Of a DNA stretch of 64,000 nucleotides, positions 11,577-22,125 are shown in pieces; positions within the stretch are counted from its first letter, which is position 1; every line of letters starts with the position of its first letter. The notes beneath the pieces were generated by a model. The model was not told the DNA's origin and did not search any database. It worked only from the letters and a program-made list of their open reading frames with translations. This stretch comes from an uncultured Nitrososphaerales archaeon (lineage in GTDB: Archaea > Thermoproteota > Nitrososphaeria > Nitrososphaerales > Nitrososphaeraceae). Location of the stretch: assembly GCA_963713605.1 (NCBI GenBank), contig CAVQMO010000010.1, positions 960,001-1,024,000 of the forward strand, given 5' to 3'. The translations under genes and the position numbers were made by a program.

Positions 11577-12677
11577 ATGGTTGAAAATAGCAACAATAAG
11601 CAAGAATTATTTGACCTAATAGTTATTGGAACGGGTAATGCGGCATCTGTTGCCGCATCCCAATGCAGTTCTGCGGGACCTTATAGGGAAAGTGGCTGTA
11701 ATTGATTCATTACCCTTTGGAGGTACTTGTGCATTGCGTGGATGTGAACCTAAGAAAGTCTTTGTCGAGGCAGCAAAAGTGATTGATTCAAACAAAAGAC
11801 ATAAAGATAAAGGGATTGTGGGTTCTGAAAAACTGCACATTAAATGGTCTGAACTAATTCGCTTTAAGAGAACTTTTACTGAATCTTATCCAAAGCATAG
11901 AGAGGAAGTTTATAAAAAAGCTGGAATTACTGCTTTTCATGGTCATGCGAAATTCATTGGTTCAACCACATTAACCGTAAAGTCTAAAGTAAACGATACT
12001 GAAAGTGGAGATACCACTCTTAATGCCAAACATATACTAATAGCAACTGGAGCCAAACCTATGAAGTTGAATATCCCAGGAGAAGAATATGTTATAACAA
12101 GCGATCAATTTTTGGAATATACGGGCGAGCGTTTGCCTGACAAAATTGTGTTTGTAGAGGGAGGATATATATCATTTGAGTTCGCACATGTGGCTGCTTG
12201 TGCAGGAGCAAAAGTAATCATACTGCATCGTGGCAAGCGACCACTAGAGCACTTTGACCCAGATCTTGTCAACCAGTTGATGCAGAGGAGTAGAGATATG
12301 GGAATTGATTTTTATCTAGAGTCAGAAGTGGAAAGAATCAAGAGATCATCTGATGACCTTTATTCAGTGCAAATTTCTATTATTTCTCCTAACTCAAACT
12401 CACAACCAAGCTCAAATGTATTAGAGGCTAATATGGTAGTTCATGGTGCAGGTAGGCAGGCGAATGTTGATGAACTAGATCTTGCGTCAGCAGGAATTGA
12501 GTATACTAGCCGCGGTATTAGGGTAAATGAATATTTACAAAGTGTTTCGAATCACTCCGTTTATGCAGCGGGTGATGAGCGGCTAGTGATGGCTTTCCGT
12601 TGACTCCAACAGCAACGTATGACGGAAGCATAGCGGCAACCAATCTAATTAATGGAAATACTGTCAGGGTTGCCTAG
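11577..12677 (+). pseudogene. glutathione-reductase/dihydrolipoamide-dehydrogenase-like flavoprotein, frameshifted and lacking the C-terminal dimerisation domain
   Basis: ATG 11577 MVENSNNKQELFDLIVIGTGNAAS; shift into FGGTCALRGCEPKK (redox CxxxxC); YAAGD; second shift into PLTPTATYDG..NLINGNTVRVA* at 12677. Confidence 0.85.
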
Positions 12678-13202
12678 TATAGATGTATTCTTTTCGGTAA
12701 TCTAATGACACGGGGATCCTTCAAGTAAGGAAACTCTCCTTTTGAAATCTGGATCCAATATTATTGACGAATTGAAATTTTTTAAGTATTGGATATCAAT
12801 TCTGATCTTAGGATTCTTTTCATACCATTTATCTCGTTGCAACTATTGTAGGGAAGAGTGGTCCGAATATTGGATTAGTTACAGGTACATATTTTCTTCA
12901 ATAATAAACCGGCATCAACAGAAACGCTCGATAGCATAACTTAACAGAAGTTCCTTGGTCAAAGAATAGTGAGGGAATCCGTATTTTCCATTTATGCATA
13001 TAAACTTACGAAGAACGGGTTCAAGAAGAGTTAGTACACGAAGACTTAATTCATCATGAAAATTGGAAAGGTGAAAATTTAATATTGCAGGATGAAATAG
13101 ATTAAACCATTGTTAATTGCAACAATTATCCTGTTCTCTAATCTAAATTGCTGCGGCAGGGAAAACCATATAACTTTTAGTCCCTTTCTATTTATATGAG
13201 AG

Positions 13203-13526
13203 GTGTCAGAAGTGAATAACAATTTTGTAAAGGTTGCTGAAACAAAAGACATTCAACCATCTACCATGAAAGCAGTTGATTCAGCTAGTGAAAAAGTTTG
13301 TATCGTTAATATCGAAGGAAATTATTATGCCATAGGAAATGTATGCACTCATGTTGGTGGGCCCTTGAATGAAGGGACCCTTGAAGGATACGAAGTTGAG
13401 TGTCCTTGGCATGGTTCCAAATTTGATGTTAGGACAGGCGAACCAACCAAGCCTCCTGCAAGGCAAGCAGTTCCAAAATATGAAGTAAAGGTAGAAGACA
13501 ATAACATACTACTGAGAAAGCAATAA
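13203..13526 (+). CDS. Rieske [2Fe-2S] ferredoxin (paralogue of 7605..7925)
   Basis: CTHVGGPL...VECPWHGSKFDVRTG. Confidence 0.9.
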   Translation: MSEVNNNFVKVAETKDIQPSTMKAVDSASEKVCIVNIEGNYYAIGNVCTHVGGPLNEGTLEGYEVECPWHGSKFDVRTGEPTKPPARQAVPKYEVKVEDNNILLRKQ

Positions 13527-13538
13527 TGATGAGAGATA

Positions 13539-14603
13539 ATGCAAACGAGCTACACGACGGAAGGAGTATCAGTGAAAAGTAGAAACAAGACGAGTAAAGG
13601 TGTTTTTGGAATACATCATGTTACTGCGATAACTAGCAATCCCCAGAAAAACATAGATTTCTACACCGGTGACTTGGGACTTAGGTTAGTAAAATTAACA
13701 GTAAATCAAGATGACCCAACTGCGTACCATCTTTATTATGGCGACGAACTAGGACGTCCAGGTACAATTCTTACTTTCTTCCACTGGCCAAATATTCCTA
13801 GAGGTCGCCGAGGAACCAGCCAAGTAATTGCTACAGCTTTTCTGATACCTGAGAATTCAATAAACTATTGGACAGATAGATTCGAAAGCAAACAGATAGA
13901 GTTTCAAGGGCCGTCCAAGCGTTTTGATGATGAACAAGTAATAACGCTATATGATCCTGATGGGTTGGAATTAGAACTTATAGCGCATAAATCTGCAGAA
14001 GATAGAAGTGATAACATATGGAAAGAGGGTCCCATACCGATTGAACATGCTATTAGAGGCTTTTATTCTGCAACTCTGTCGGAAGAAGGATACGAACGTA
14101 CTGCTTCTGTTTTGACTGATGAATTGGGATTTTTCCCTACACGTCAGGACGGTAGCCGCTTCCGTTATGAGATTCCTATTACAGAGAAGATATCTTCATC
14201 TATAGGCAAGGAAGAAGTAGGAGTTGGAGGAGCCAGGATTGTAGATGTTCTCTGTCTGCCTTATACACAACAGGCGCTTATAGGTATTGGATCAGTCCAT
14301 CATATAGCATTTCGTACTCCGACTAATGAACAACAAATGATCCTACGCCAAAATATAGTAAAAGCTCGATTAAATGCTACTCCTGTAATAGATCGATTCT
14401 ATTTTCATTCCGTCTATTTCCGTGAGCCTGGGGGAGTCCTTTTCGAAATTGCTACTAACCCTCCTGGATTTGCTGTTGATGAAAAGGTCGAAATGCTAGG
14501 CACACGTCTGGTTCTTCCTCCGTGGCTTGAATCTATGCGAAGCGATCTAGAGAAAATTTTGCCTCCTGTAAACTTCCCAAAAAGACAATTGAGGAACCAA
14601 TAA
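13539..14603 (+). CDS. ring-cleaving dioxygenase, VOC/glyoxalase superfamily (MhqO/MhqE-like)
   Basis: GIHHVTAI, LGLRLVKLTVNQDDP..YHLYYGD, VHHIAFR, DRFYFHSVYFREPGGVLFEIAT. Confidence 0.9.
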   Translation: MQTSYTTEGVSVKSRNKTSKGVFGIHHVTAITSNPQKNIDFYTGDLGLRLVKLTVNQDDPTAYHLYYGDELGRPGTILTFFHWPNIPRGRRGTSQVIATAFLIPENSINYWTDRFESKQIEFQGPSKRFDDEQVITLYDPDGLELELIAHKSAEDRSDNIWKEGPIPIEHAIRGFYSATLSEEGYERTASVLTDELGFFPTRQDGSRFRYEIPITEKISSSIGKEEVGVGGARIVDVLCLPYTQQALIGIGSVHHIAFRTPTNEQQMILRQNIVKARLNATPVIDRFYFHSVYFREPGGVLFEIATNPPGFAVDEKVEMLGTRLVLPPWLESMRSDLEKILPPVNFPKRQLRNQ

Positions 14604-14657
14604 TTATGTTAGTGATTATGATGGTTTCTCTTTTTCTAGTAGGATCAAGAAAAGAAC

Positions 14658-15305
14658 TTGAACAATAAAAGCCAACTTGGATTCATTCATACATTTATCC
14701 CTTCAGATAGTAGTAGGACGGATGACGATTCGTTAAACTTATTATTGTTACATGGGACCGGAGGAGATGAAAATGATCTAATTTCCATAGCCAGGATGTT
14801 AGAAATTACGAATGCTTCAATTCTTAGCCCTCGTGGTAAGGTGCTAGAAAATGGTATGCCACGTTTCTTTCGTAGGTTGGCTGAAGGCGTTTTTGATATA
14901 GAGGATTTAAGATTTCGTACAAATGAATTAGCTGATTTTGTGCAGAAAGCATCAAAAACGTATACATTTGATTTGAATCGAACAATAGCTATAGGGTATT
15001 CTAATGGGGCTAATATAGCGGCAAGTATGCTCTTACTTCGTCCAGAGATTTTGTCTGGTGCTATTCTTTTTAGACCTATGATTCCTCTTGTTCCGGATAC
15101 CTTGCCTAATTTATCGAGTAAGTATGTTCTCATATCCGCTGGTTTAAATGATCCCATAGTTCAGAGATACCAGACCGAGGATCTTTTTGAACTTCTAAAG
15201 AAAGTTGAAGCTAAAGTGTCAATTCAATGGCAGAATAGTGGACATGAACTGACCCAGAGAGATATAAAAGCCGCTAAGGATTGGGTGACGACAACATTAT
15301 CGTAG
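14658..15305 (+). CDS. phospholipase/carboxylesterase (MhqD-like alpha/beta hydrolase)
   Basis: LLLLHGTGGDENDL, PRGKVLENGMPRFFRR, GYSNGANIA, GHELT. Confidence 0.88.
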   Translation: MNNKSQLGFIHTFIPSDSSRTDDDSLNLLLLHGTGGDENDLISIARMLEITNASILSPRGKVLENGMPRFFRRLAEGVFDIEDLRFRTNELADFVQKASKTYTFDLNRTIAIGYSNGANIAASMLLLRPEILSGAILFRPMIPLVPDTLPNLSSKYVLISAGLNDPIVQRYQTEDLFELLKKVEAKVSIQWQNSGHELTQRDIKAAKDWVTTTLS

Positions 15306-15373
15306 CAATCATATTCATTATAATTCAGCATAAAATTGATGCACAAAAAATCGCATGTCAAGTTAAGGATTCT

Positions 15374-16390
15374 CTAGGCCAACTCTAAAAGAATTCTTCC
15401 GTCTCTATCACTTGCAAACAACGATTGTAGTGCTTCTTTAACACTTTCAAGTTTAAACCTTTTCCATACTCTAACTTTTAATTCCTTGGAGTTAGCAATA
15501 AGTTCGTGCATGTCCTTTCTAGTCCCACCAGTTGAACCTATTAGTTTAATCTGTTTTGTATAGAGAGACTGAACATTCAATTTAACATCTGCCCCAGTTA
15601 AACCACCGAATGTAACCCATCTTCCATTAATACCAACACAAGCAAAACTGTTATCCCATGTTCCAACACCAAGAGAATTGAGAACAACATCTGCCATTCT
15701 ACCTTCGGTTATTTCTTTTACTTGCTCTGGTACTTTGGCATAATCACTTATAACGTAGTCTGCTCCATAATCATTTTTTATCCAACTATCCTTGGAAACT
15801 GCAATAACCTTTGCCCCCATCTTTTTTCCTAGTTGTACTGCTATCATTCCTGTATTACCCGATGCCCCAAATACAAGAAGATATTCATTTATTCTTAGTG
15901 AGGCTTCTTTTAAGGCATGATATGGTGTTAATGAAGTCACAGGTAAGCTTGCAGCTATGTCCCAATCCAAATCGTCGGATATCTTAAATACATTTCTCTC
16001 AGGTACCGCTATATATTCTGCAAAACCTCCATTCGTGATTGCACCAATCAATCCACCATTTCTGCAAATCATATCAAGACCATTAAGGCACATATCACAT
16101 GTTCCATCGAAGACCTTATTATGTACAATCACTCTATCTCCTTTCTTAATTCGACCATTATCTACATGTTGTCCAATCTGTTCTACTATACCACTTGACT
16201 CTGCTCCCGGTATATGTGGAATAGGTTCTATTTTTGGTAATGCGCCAGAAACTACGAAATGATCTATCGGATTTATCCCTGCTACTTTGACCTTAATCAG
16301 TACACTGTGGTCATCTATTTTTGGTATTTCTATATTATCAATGATTGTTAAATTCTCTAAACCAGGCTTCTCAAAAATTGCCGCCTTCAT
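15374..16390 (-). CDS. MDR-family (zinc-binding alcohol dehydrogenase-like) oxidoreductase
   Basis: PHIPGAESSG, structural Zn loop DGTCDMC..C, GASGNTG; the catalytic Cys position is Asn (GINPID). Confidence 0.88.
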   Translation of the reverse strand: MKAAIFEKPGLENLTIIDNIEIPKIDDHSVLIKVKVAGINPIDHFVVSGALPKIEPIPHIPGAESSGIVEQIGQHVDNGRIKKGDRVIVHNKVFDGTCDMCLNGLDMICRNGGLIGAITNGGFAEYIAVPERNVFKISDDLDWDIAASLPVTSLTPYHALKEASLRINEYLLVFGASGNTGMIAVQLGKKMGAKVIAVSKDSWIKNDYGADYVISDYAKVPEQVKEITEGRMADVVLNSLGVGTWDNSFACVGINGRWVTFGGLTGADVKLNVQSLYTKQIKLIGSTGGTRKDMHELIANSKELKVRVWKRFKLESVKEALQSLFASDRDGRILLELA

Positions 16391-16738
16391 CTGTCAAACA
16401 GCCATCGGCACTTCTCCGATTTAACTTTTATCCATTATGTATTATCTATTTAGACGCAGAAGCATTCTTAGGACTCTATAACTAGTAATAAACAAAACAA
16501 GAGGATAGTTTAATTTAAATGTGGTCGGTGGAGGGAAATCTTAACGTCCTTCCACCAATTGAATTTTCGTCATTTACTTTCCTTTTGTTGCGTTCAGGAG
16601 TAGTTGACTTTCTTGTGGATATAGAATGAATTAGAGAAGACTCTGGGATTTTTAAGATGACTTTGATCATGTCTTAAATCTGGATTCTCTATAGGAGAGC
16701 AATACTTAACAATAAGCTTCAAAATACATAACCATACA

Positions 16739-16830
16739 ATGTCAAATGAATTCGATAATTCAGATGTAATAATTATTGGAGGAGGGCTTGCAGGCCTTAC
16801 TCGTCTCTGCTTGCACGTTCTGGGAACTGA
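16739..16830 (+). pseudogene. N-terminal stub of an FAD-dependent oxidoreductase
   Basis: MSNEFDNSDVIIIGGGLAGLT, after which the frame degenerates. Confidence 0.6.
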
Positions 16831-16937
16831 ATTGTAAAGTGGATTAAGGGAGTCTATCCAGTTGATTATTTCATGTAAATCTCCTCATACATAATAAGCG
16901 AGTTTCCATGCTGTTTTCTAAACAAGATTGAGGCTTT

Positions 16938-18149
16938 TCAAGAATTCAGAGTATAGACTTTATAAGGCTTGTCAGTCCCATAATTGATATACTTCCATCG
17001 TCCTTCAGAGATCGACAGCTCCTGAAATTCTCTCTGCAATTTGCGGTCTAATGAATTATATACATTCTCTCCTACGGAGACTTTATTAGCACCTGTAAGA
17101 GAAGTTATCTTTGATGCCACATTCATGCTATATCCCAGTATGTCAATAGGCGAGAGCTGTTCATAACCAAACTGAACAATTGCGTTTTCTCCTGCATCTA
17201 TACCGATCTTGGGAAAGAGCTCAGGATACCTGTATATTTTGTGCAATATTTCATTAATCTCTTCCTTGACCGCATTGATCATCGATTTCCCACATTCAAC
17301 TGAAATGGATGAGGCATCATATTTGTCCTTCTTATTAAGATGGCATGGGAAAAATGAGATTACCCCATCACCTGCATATTTCAGGACATATCCACCATGA
17401 CTATCTATAACATGTGACATTTGATGGGCGAAAGCTCTAATTATTGTGACAAGGTTATCTATGGGTAGGGTCATGCTCATTTTCGTTGAGCCAACGAGAT
17501 CGGCGTATATGATAATGAGAGGAATCTTAGAACCGATATGTTTAAGAAGAAAGTCTTGACCACGTCTTACTGAAGTATTAATTATTTTCGGCCATAGGTT
17601 ATCTAGTATTAAAGGAGTATGTATTTTGTACCAATATACCATTGATTCTTCTTCCTGCATACTCCTTTCAAGTAGAGAGATATTCTCATGTTTTCGTGGC
17701 ATATCCATCTCTTGCATTCTCCTGATCAGTGAATCGTAAGCCATCAATTCATCATGTTCTATTGCGAAGTCTCGCCTAATTTGCACTAATTCATATTCTT
17801 CTGGCATAGAGTCTGTTAGACCGTTATCCTCTGTTTTTGATTTTACTTTCCTTGGAAGATTATTTCCATCCGGCAGCGTGGTAGATACGAATGATCGCGA
17901 TAAATCTGCCTTAACATCAGTTGGCTTTTCTCCCAATCGTATAATTATTTTTCCAAGCCTGCTTTTTTGAATATTTGTTTCTTTCAAGTGCTGTTTTAGT
18001 CTTTGTTTTACTTCTTGTATTGGGGTCTGATCCATTCTTGATATTATTCTATTTACTGACGCATTTTCAGTAGATAATGCTTCATTTAGTTTGTCAATTA
18101 GCTCTGAAAGTAATTGCATCTTATTATCATGGGCATTACTATAATACAA
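16938..18149 (-). CDS. ferritin-like (DUF892/YciE-F type) domain fused to a class III adenylate/guanylate cyclase
   Basis: N-terminus: LNEALSTENA, QHLKETNIQKSRL..IIRLGEKP, FAIEHDELMAY, SMQEEESM. C-terminus: IYADLVGST, VLKYAGDGV, KIGIDAGE, DILGYSMNVASKI. Confidence 0.85.
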   Translation of the reverse strand: MYYSNAHDNKMQLLSELIDKLNEALSTENASVNRIISRMDQTPIQEVKQRLKQHLKETNIQKSRLGKIIIRLGEKPTDVKADLSRSFVSTTLPDGNNLPRKVKSKTEDNGLTDSMPEEYELVQIRRDFAIEHDELMAYDSLIRRMQEMDMPRKHENISLLERSMQEEESMVYWYKIHTPLILDNLWPKIINTSVRRGQDFLLKHIGSKIPLIIIYADLVGSTKMSMTLPIDNLVTIIRAFAHQMSHVIDSHGGYVLKYAGDGVISFFPCHLNKKDKYDASSISVECGKSMINAVKEEINEILHKIYRYPELFPKIGIDAGENAIVQFGYEQLSPIDILGYSMNVASKITSLTGANKVSVGENVYNSLDRKLQREFQELSISEGRWKYINYGTDKPYKVYTLNS

Positions 18150-18429
18150 ATACTTTTCATGTTTTACTATCTTATTTAAGATTGTTTCTCAAAGAGTCAG
18201 CAAGTTAGACATATTGATAGGGATTCGTTTTCTACAATAGATACTCAACCTACTCGATATCCCTACCTCAGTTTGTCTGACTTCTCATTGAATATCTCTT
18301 TGCCCATGAAATGTCTTTCCAAGGTTACAAAAATAAGAATTCCGGCAAGAACCATTGTATATGCTTGAGCTAATATGCTATTGTTGATCATGAATCATCC
18401 ACTAACTTGAAATCTCCTCCTAAAGATTT

Positions 18430-18570
18430 TTTAGGTAGAAGCAATGTAAGTTCGGCGGTAAGATTACCTCCTACACTATCCCCGACTACTTCCATCCATC
18501 CAAGACGGCTCTACATTGATGGATTTGCAATTTCGTAGCAGGGTACGCCTGTTCCGGCGCAATAGGATAT
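18430..18570 (-). pseudogene. fragment of an HSL-type esterase
   Basis: The minus strand gives IAPEQAYP and, after a short degenerate stretch, VVGDSVGGNLTAELTLL (GDSxGG nucleophile motif). Confidence 0.55.
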
Positions 18571-18695
18571 TTTGCTTCAGGAGATAGGATATAATATGCG
18601 TAATATATGTATTGACTAGCTCTACTAACTATATATACTATATATACTATAAATACTAACTATATATGCTAGATGCAGTCATTGTTATCGTATAA

Positions 18696-19522
18696 ATGAC
18701 AAAAATGAAACCTTTTGGTTTATTGTGTCTGAGTATAATTCTACTTCTGAGCTTTATGTCATTGACATCTTCCGGCTCCGCCACACCAGAGAATAAAACA
18801 TTAATGCAACCTCAAGAAGTACAGGATATGGCAACAAACGCTACGAATATCGTTTTAGTCCATGGTTTATGGGCTGATGGATCTTCATGGAGCAAAGTAA
18901 TTCCTATTCTACAGAACGCAGGTCACAAAGTTATTGCAGTGCAACTTCCTGCCCATTCTCTGGCAGATGATGTGGAAACTATAAAGCGTGCAATTGAGCT
19001 GAGCTGGCGGACCAACAATACTTGTGGGACACTCATTCGGTGGATTCGAAATCACTAATGCCGCATATAATAATCAAAATGTAACAGGGCTTGTCTACGT
19101 TGCGGCCTTTGCTCCTGATGAGGGTGAATCTACCGAGAATTTCGTCGATGTTTCAAAATTTCCTCCAGGATTATTGGTTCCTGATAGTGGAGGATTTTTC
19201 TACCTAAACCCTGAGATGTTCCACGAAGCGTTTATTCAGGATGCAAATGCGACTGAAGCTGAAATTTTGGCCGCCGTAGCAAAAGCCAGCTCATCAATCA
19301 CTTATACCCGAAAAATCTGGCCCTCCTGCTTGGAAGGAACTTCCCACATGGTTTGCGGTGTCTGAGAACGACCACATTATCCCTCCTGATGCACAACGTA
19401 ATTTCGCAGAACGAATGAATGCTACTACTATATCTCTTAACTCTAGCCATGCATCGCTTGTAACACACCCAGATGAGATCGCCGAATTAATCCTAAATGC
19501 AACCAAAGGGGTGACAAAGTAG
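18696..19522 (+). CDS. secreted alpha/beta hydrolase; frameshifts near 19000 and 19280
   Basis: Signal peptide, [32 protein letters not shown]; a third frame gives [29 protein letters not shown], stop 19522. Confidence 0.8.
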
Positions 19523-19523
19523 C

Positions 19524-20345
19524 ATTAGCACAATCATTACCAAGGACGGGACTGAAATCTACTATAAGGACTGGGGCAAAGGTCCCGTCGTAACTTTTTC
19601 GCACGGCTGGCCTCTGAGCGCAGACGCTTGGGATGGCCAAATGCTGTTCCTTGTGCAAAATGGCTTTCGCGTAGTTGCTCACGACCGTCGCGGTCATGGC
19701 CGGTCAAGTCAGGCTTCTTCGCGGAATGACATGGATGGCTATGCAGATGATCTTGCAGCCGTGATCGAAGCGCTTGATCTCAACGATGCAACGCTTGTGG
19801 GGCACTCCACTGGCGGAGGTGAAGTCGCCCGCTATATCGGTCGCCATGGTACAGAAGCGAGTTGCCAAGGCTGTTCTGATCGCGGCTATACCCCGATCAT
19901 GGTTAAGTCCGATACCAATCCGGAGGGTCTACCGATAGAAGTGTTTGATGACATGCGTTCGAGTCTTGTCAAGGATCACTCGCAATTCTATAAGGATCTT
20001 GCAATGGCGTTCTATGGTGCCAACAGAGAAGGTGCCAAGGTCTCCAAGGGAATCCTGGATCAGTTCTGGCTTTGGAGTATGCAAGCCGGCCTCAAGAATG
20101 CCTATGAAAGCATCAAGGCCTTTTCCGAGACTGATTTCACCGAAGATCTCAAGAAATTCGATGTCCCAACTTTGGTTATGCATGGTGAGGACGACCAGAT
20201 CGTTCCCGTCAAAGATGCAGCTAAGAAATCAGCCAAGCTCATCAAAGGCGCGAAGGAAATCTACTATCCTGGTGCGCCTCATGGCCTCACTGCCACACTT
20301 CAGGATCAGGTCAACGCCGACCTGTTGTCCTTCCTAAAGTCCTAG
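19524..20345 (+). CDS. cpo: non-heme chloroperoxidase/perhydrolase (alpha/beta hydrolase), bacterial-type
   Basis: Open from ATT 19524: [74 protein letters not shown]-rich relative to flanks. Confidence 0.88.
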   Translation: MSTIITKDGTEIYYKDWGKGPVVTFSHGWPLSADAWDGQMLFLVQNGFRVVAHDRRGHGRSSQASSRNDMDGYADDLAAVIEALDLNDATLVGHSTGGGEVARYIGRHGTEASCQGCSDRGYTPIMVKSDTNPEGLPIEVFDDMRSSLVKDHSQFYKDLAMAFYGANREGAKVSKGILDQFWLWSMQAGLKNAYESIKAFSETDFTEDLKKFDVPTLVMHGEDDQIVPVKDAAKKSAKLIKGAKEIYYPGAPHGLTATLQDQVNADLLSFLKS

Positions 20346-20957
20346 ATGTTTTGTTCCTTCGTATGGGACTTTAACGCTTGTATGGGAAAAGCTATAATGA
20401 CACTAGTTTTAGAATATCCAATACCCCTTATTGCATTTTCCGCAGGTATGGGACCATTTTTCCATATGTTAGCATTTCTATCTTCTGCAGAACTATGTGC
20501 TACGAGCTCCAGTTCTAACCCATCAGGATCGTGAAAAGTAATTACTTGCTCGTCATGAACCTTTTGTACGGTCCTTTATACTCTATCTGTCTATTCTTGA
20601 ATCTATCTATCCAATAGTTTATAGAATTCTCAGGTATCAGAAAAGATGCGGCTATGACCTTGCTGGTTCCTCGGTGTCCTTTAGGAATATTTGGCCAGTG
20701 GAAAAATGTTAGAATAGTACCCGGACGTCCTAACTCGTCACCGTAATAAGGATGGTATACCGTGTGGTCATCTTGATTTACTGTTAGTTTTACTAGTCTT
20801 AGTCCCAAATCACCAGTGTAGAAATCTAGTTCTTCTGTGGATTGCTTGTTATTGCTGTAACATGATGTTCAGCTCCCTCTTTAGCAAGAGCAATAGCGGT
20901 TGCTCTACCGATTCCTGAGCTGCCACCCGTCACGATCGCTATTTTCTGATCTGTCAT
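20342..20957 (-). pseudogene. chimera: SDR N-terminus fused in frame to the first half of a ring-cleaving dioxygenase paralogue
   Basis: MTDQKIAIVTGGSSGIGRATAIALAKEGAE|HHVTAITSNPQKN..GLRLVKLTVNQDD..DPDGLELELVAH..GPIPAENAIRG; two frameshifts relative to 13539..14603. Confidence 0.85.
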
Positions 20958-21737
20958 ACTTTCATTATAAGAAACTAGTATTATTTATCGCTGGTGGGAC
21001 TAATACTCCAGATTATGGACAAAGAGATCAGAATACTGACTAGTATTAATATCAATAGCATACTTCGGATAAATTATATGACATATGAAAACACGCTTGA
21101 AAACTATCACAGACGACCAGGAGTAAATTTGTACTGGTTGTTGACCGTCTCTATCAGTCGGTATTCATTCTAGATATATTTTGAATTAACGTCATGGTGT
21201 ATGAATTAGGTGGGTAAACGACCATGAAGAGACCTCATGGCCGCCCACCAAAAATGACTATGGTTTCTCTCAGCAAGATAAATGGAGATTAACTTTAAGT
21301 CCGTTTCGTCTTTAGTCTATATAGTGCTGTTTGTACTACAGAATCTAAAGAGAAATTAAGTTAAAGTACATTTGTCTGAGTGATTGTGTAATCCACTAAG
21401 TCTCATGGGCACGACATACATTACTTGGCTTTCAGGGTCGCAATACCCTGGTTTCCGTGCATTTATTTCAACATATACTCAAGTGCTTCGATTGGACTGG
21501 CATGGACACGTTAAGATAAGCATGTCTTATCATGTAGTATAATAGTTTATGTAGTTCTATATGCGTCTAACTTCCGAGTGTCAACAATAAACCCCGTAAT
21601 TTTCAATTCGACTTTATCGTGCAGATATTGTCACCGAACTATCACGACCGTCATTAATGAATGTCTCACAGTTTCCGAAAGCAAGTATTCCTTCAGGATT
21701 AGTACATGCAAATACCGAGTTTCCTTGATTTTGTGGG

Positions 21738-22065
21738 ATGTTAAATGTGCGTCATACTCTGGACATCGAAGCAGCAATACTTACTCAAGAAAGAGGTCAA
21801 GAAATGTTAGCTTGGTCTACAACTACGATGATTGGAAGAAGTATGGGTATTGATGTTGCATGGGGAGATACCTCAAAGTTTGCTATTTCTATTACCCAAT
21901 ACAGAAACAAGGTAGAAAGTATTCTATGCAGAGAGCTTTGACAAGCCACAGATGGACCAAATAATAAATCATATACTACAACTGAAGCAGAAACACCATA
22001 TTACGAAGTTGTACGTAGACGGGGCAAATCCTGAAGTCATTAGGGAGCTAAAGAGAAGGATGGTT
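21738..22065 (+). pseudogene. viral terminase large subunit C-terminal nuclease fragment
   Basis: RSMGIDVAWGDTSKFAISITQ, then after a shift VFYAESFDKPQMDQIINHILQLKQKHHITKLYVDGANPEVIRELK; RNase H-like GID..G / YVDxANP pattern. Confidence 0.65.
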
Positions 22066-22125
22066 GGCTTATTAATCATTATATCCCGCATAGATATATA
22101 CTACAACAGTTAACTTGATATACAA

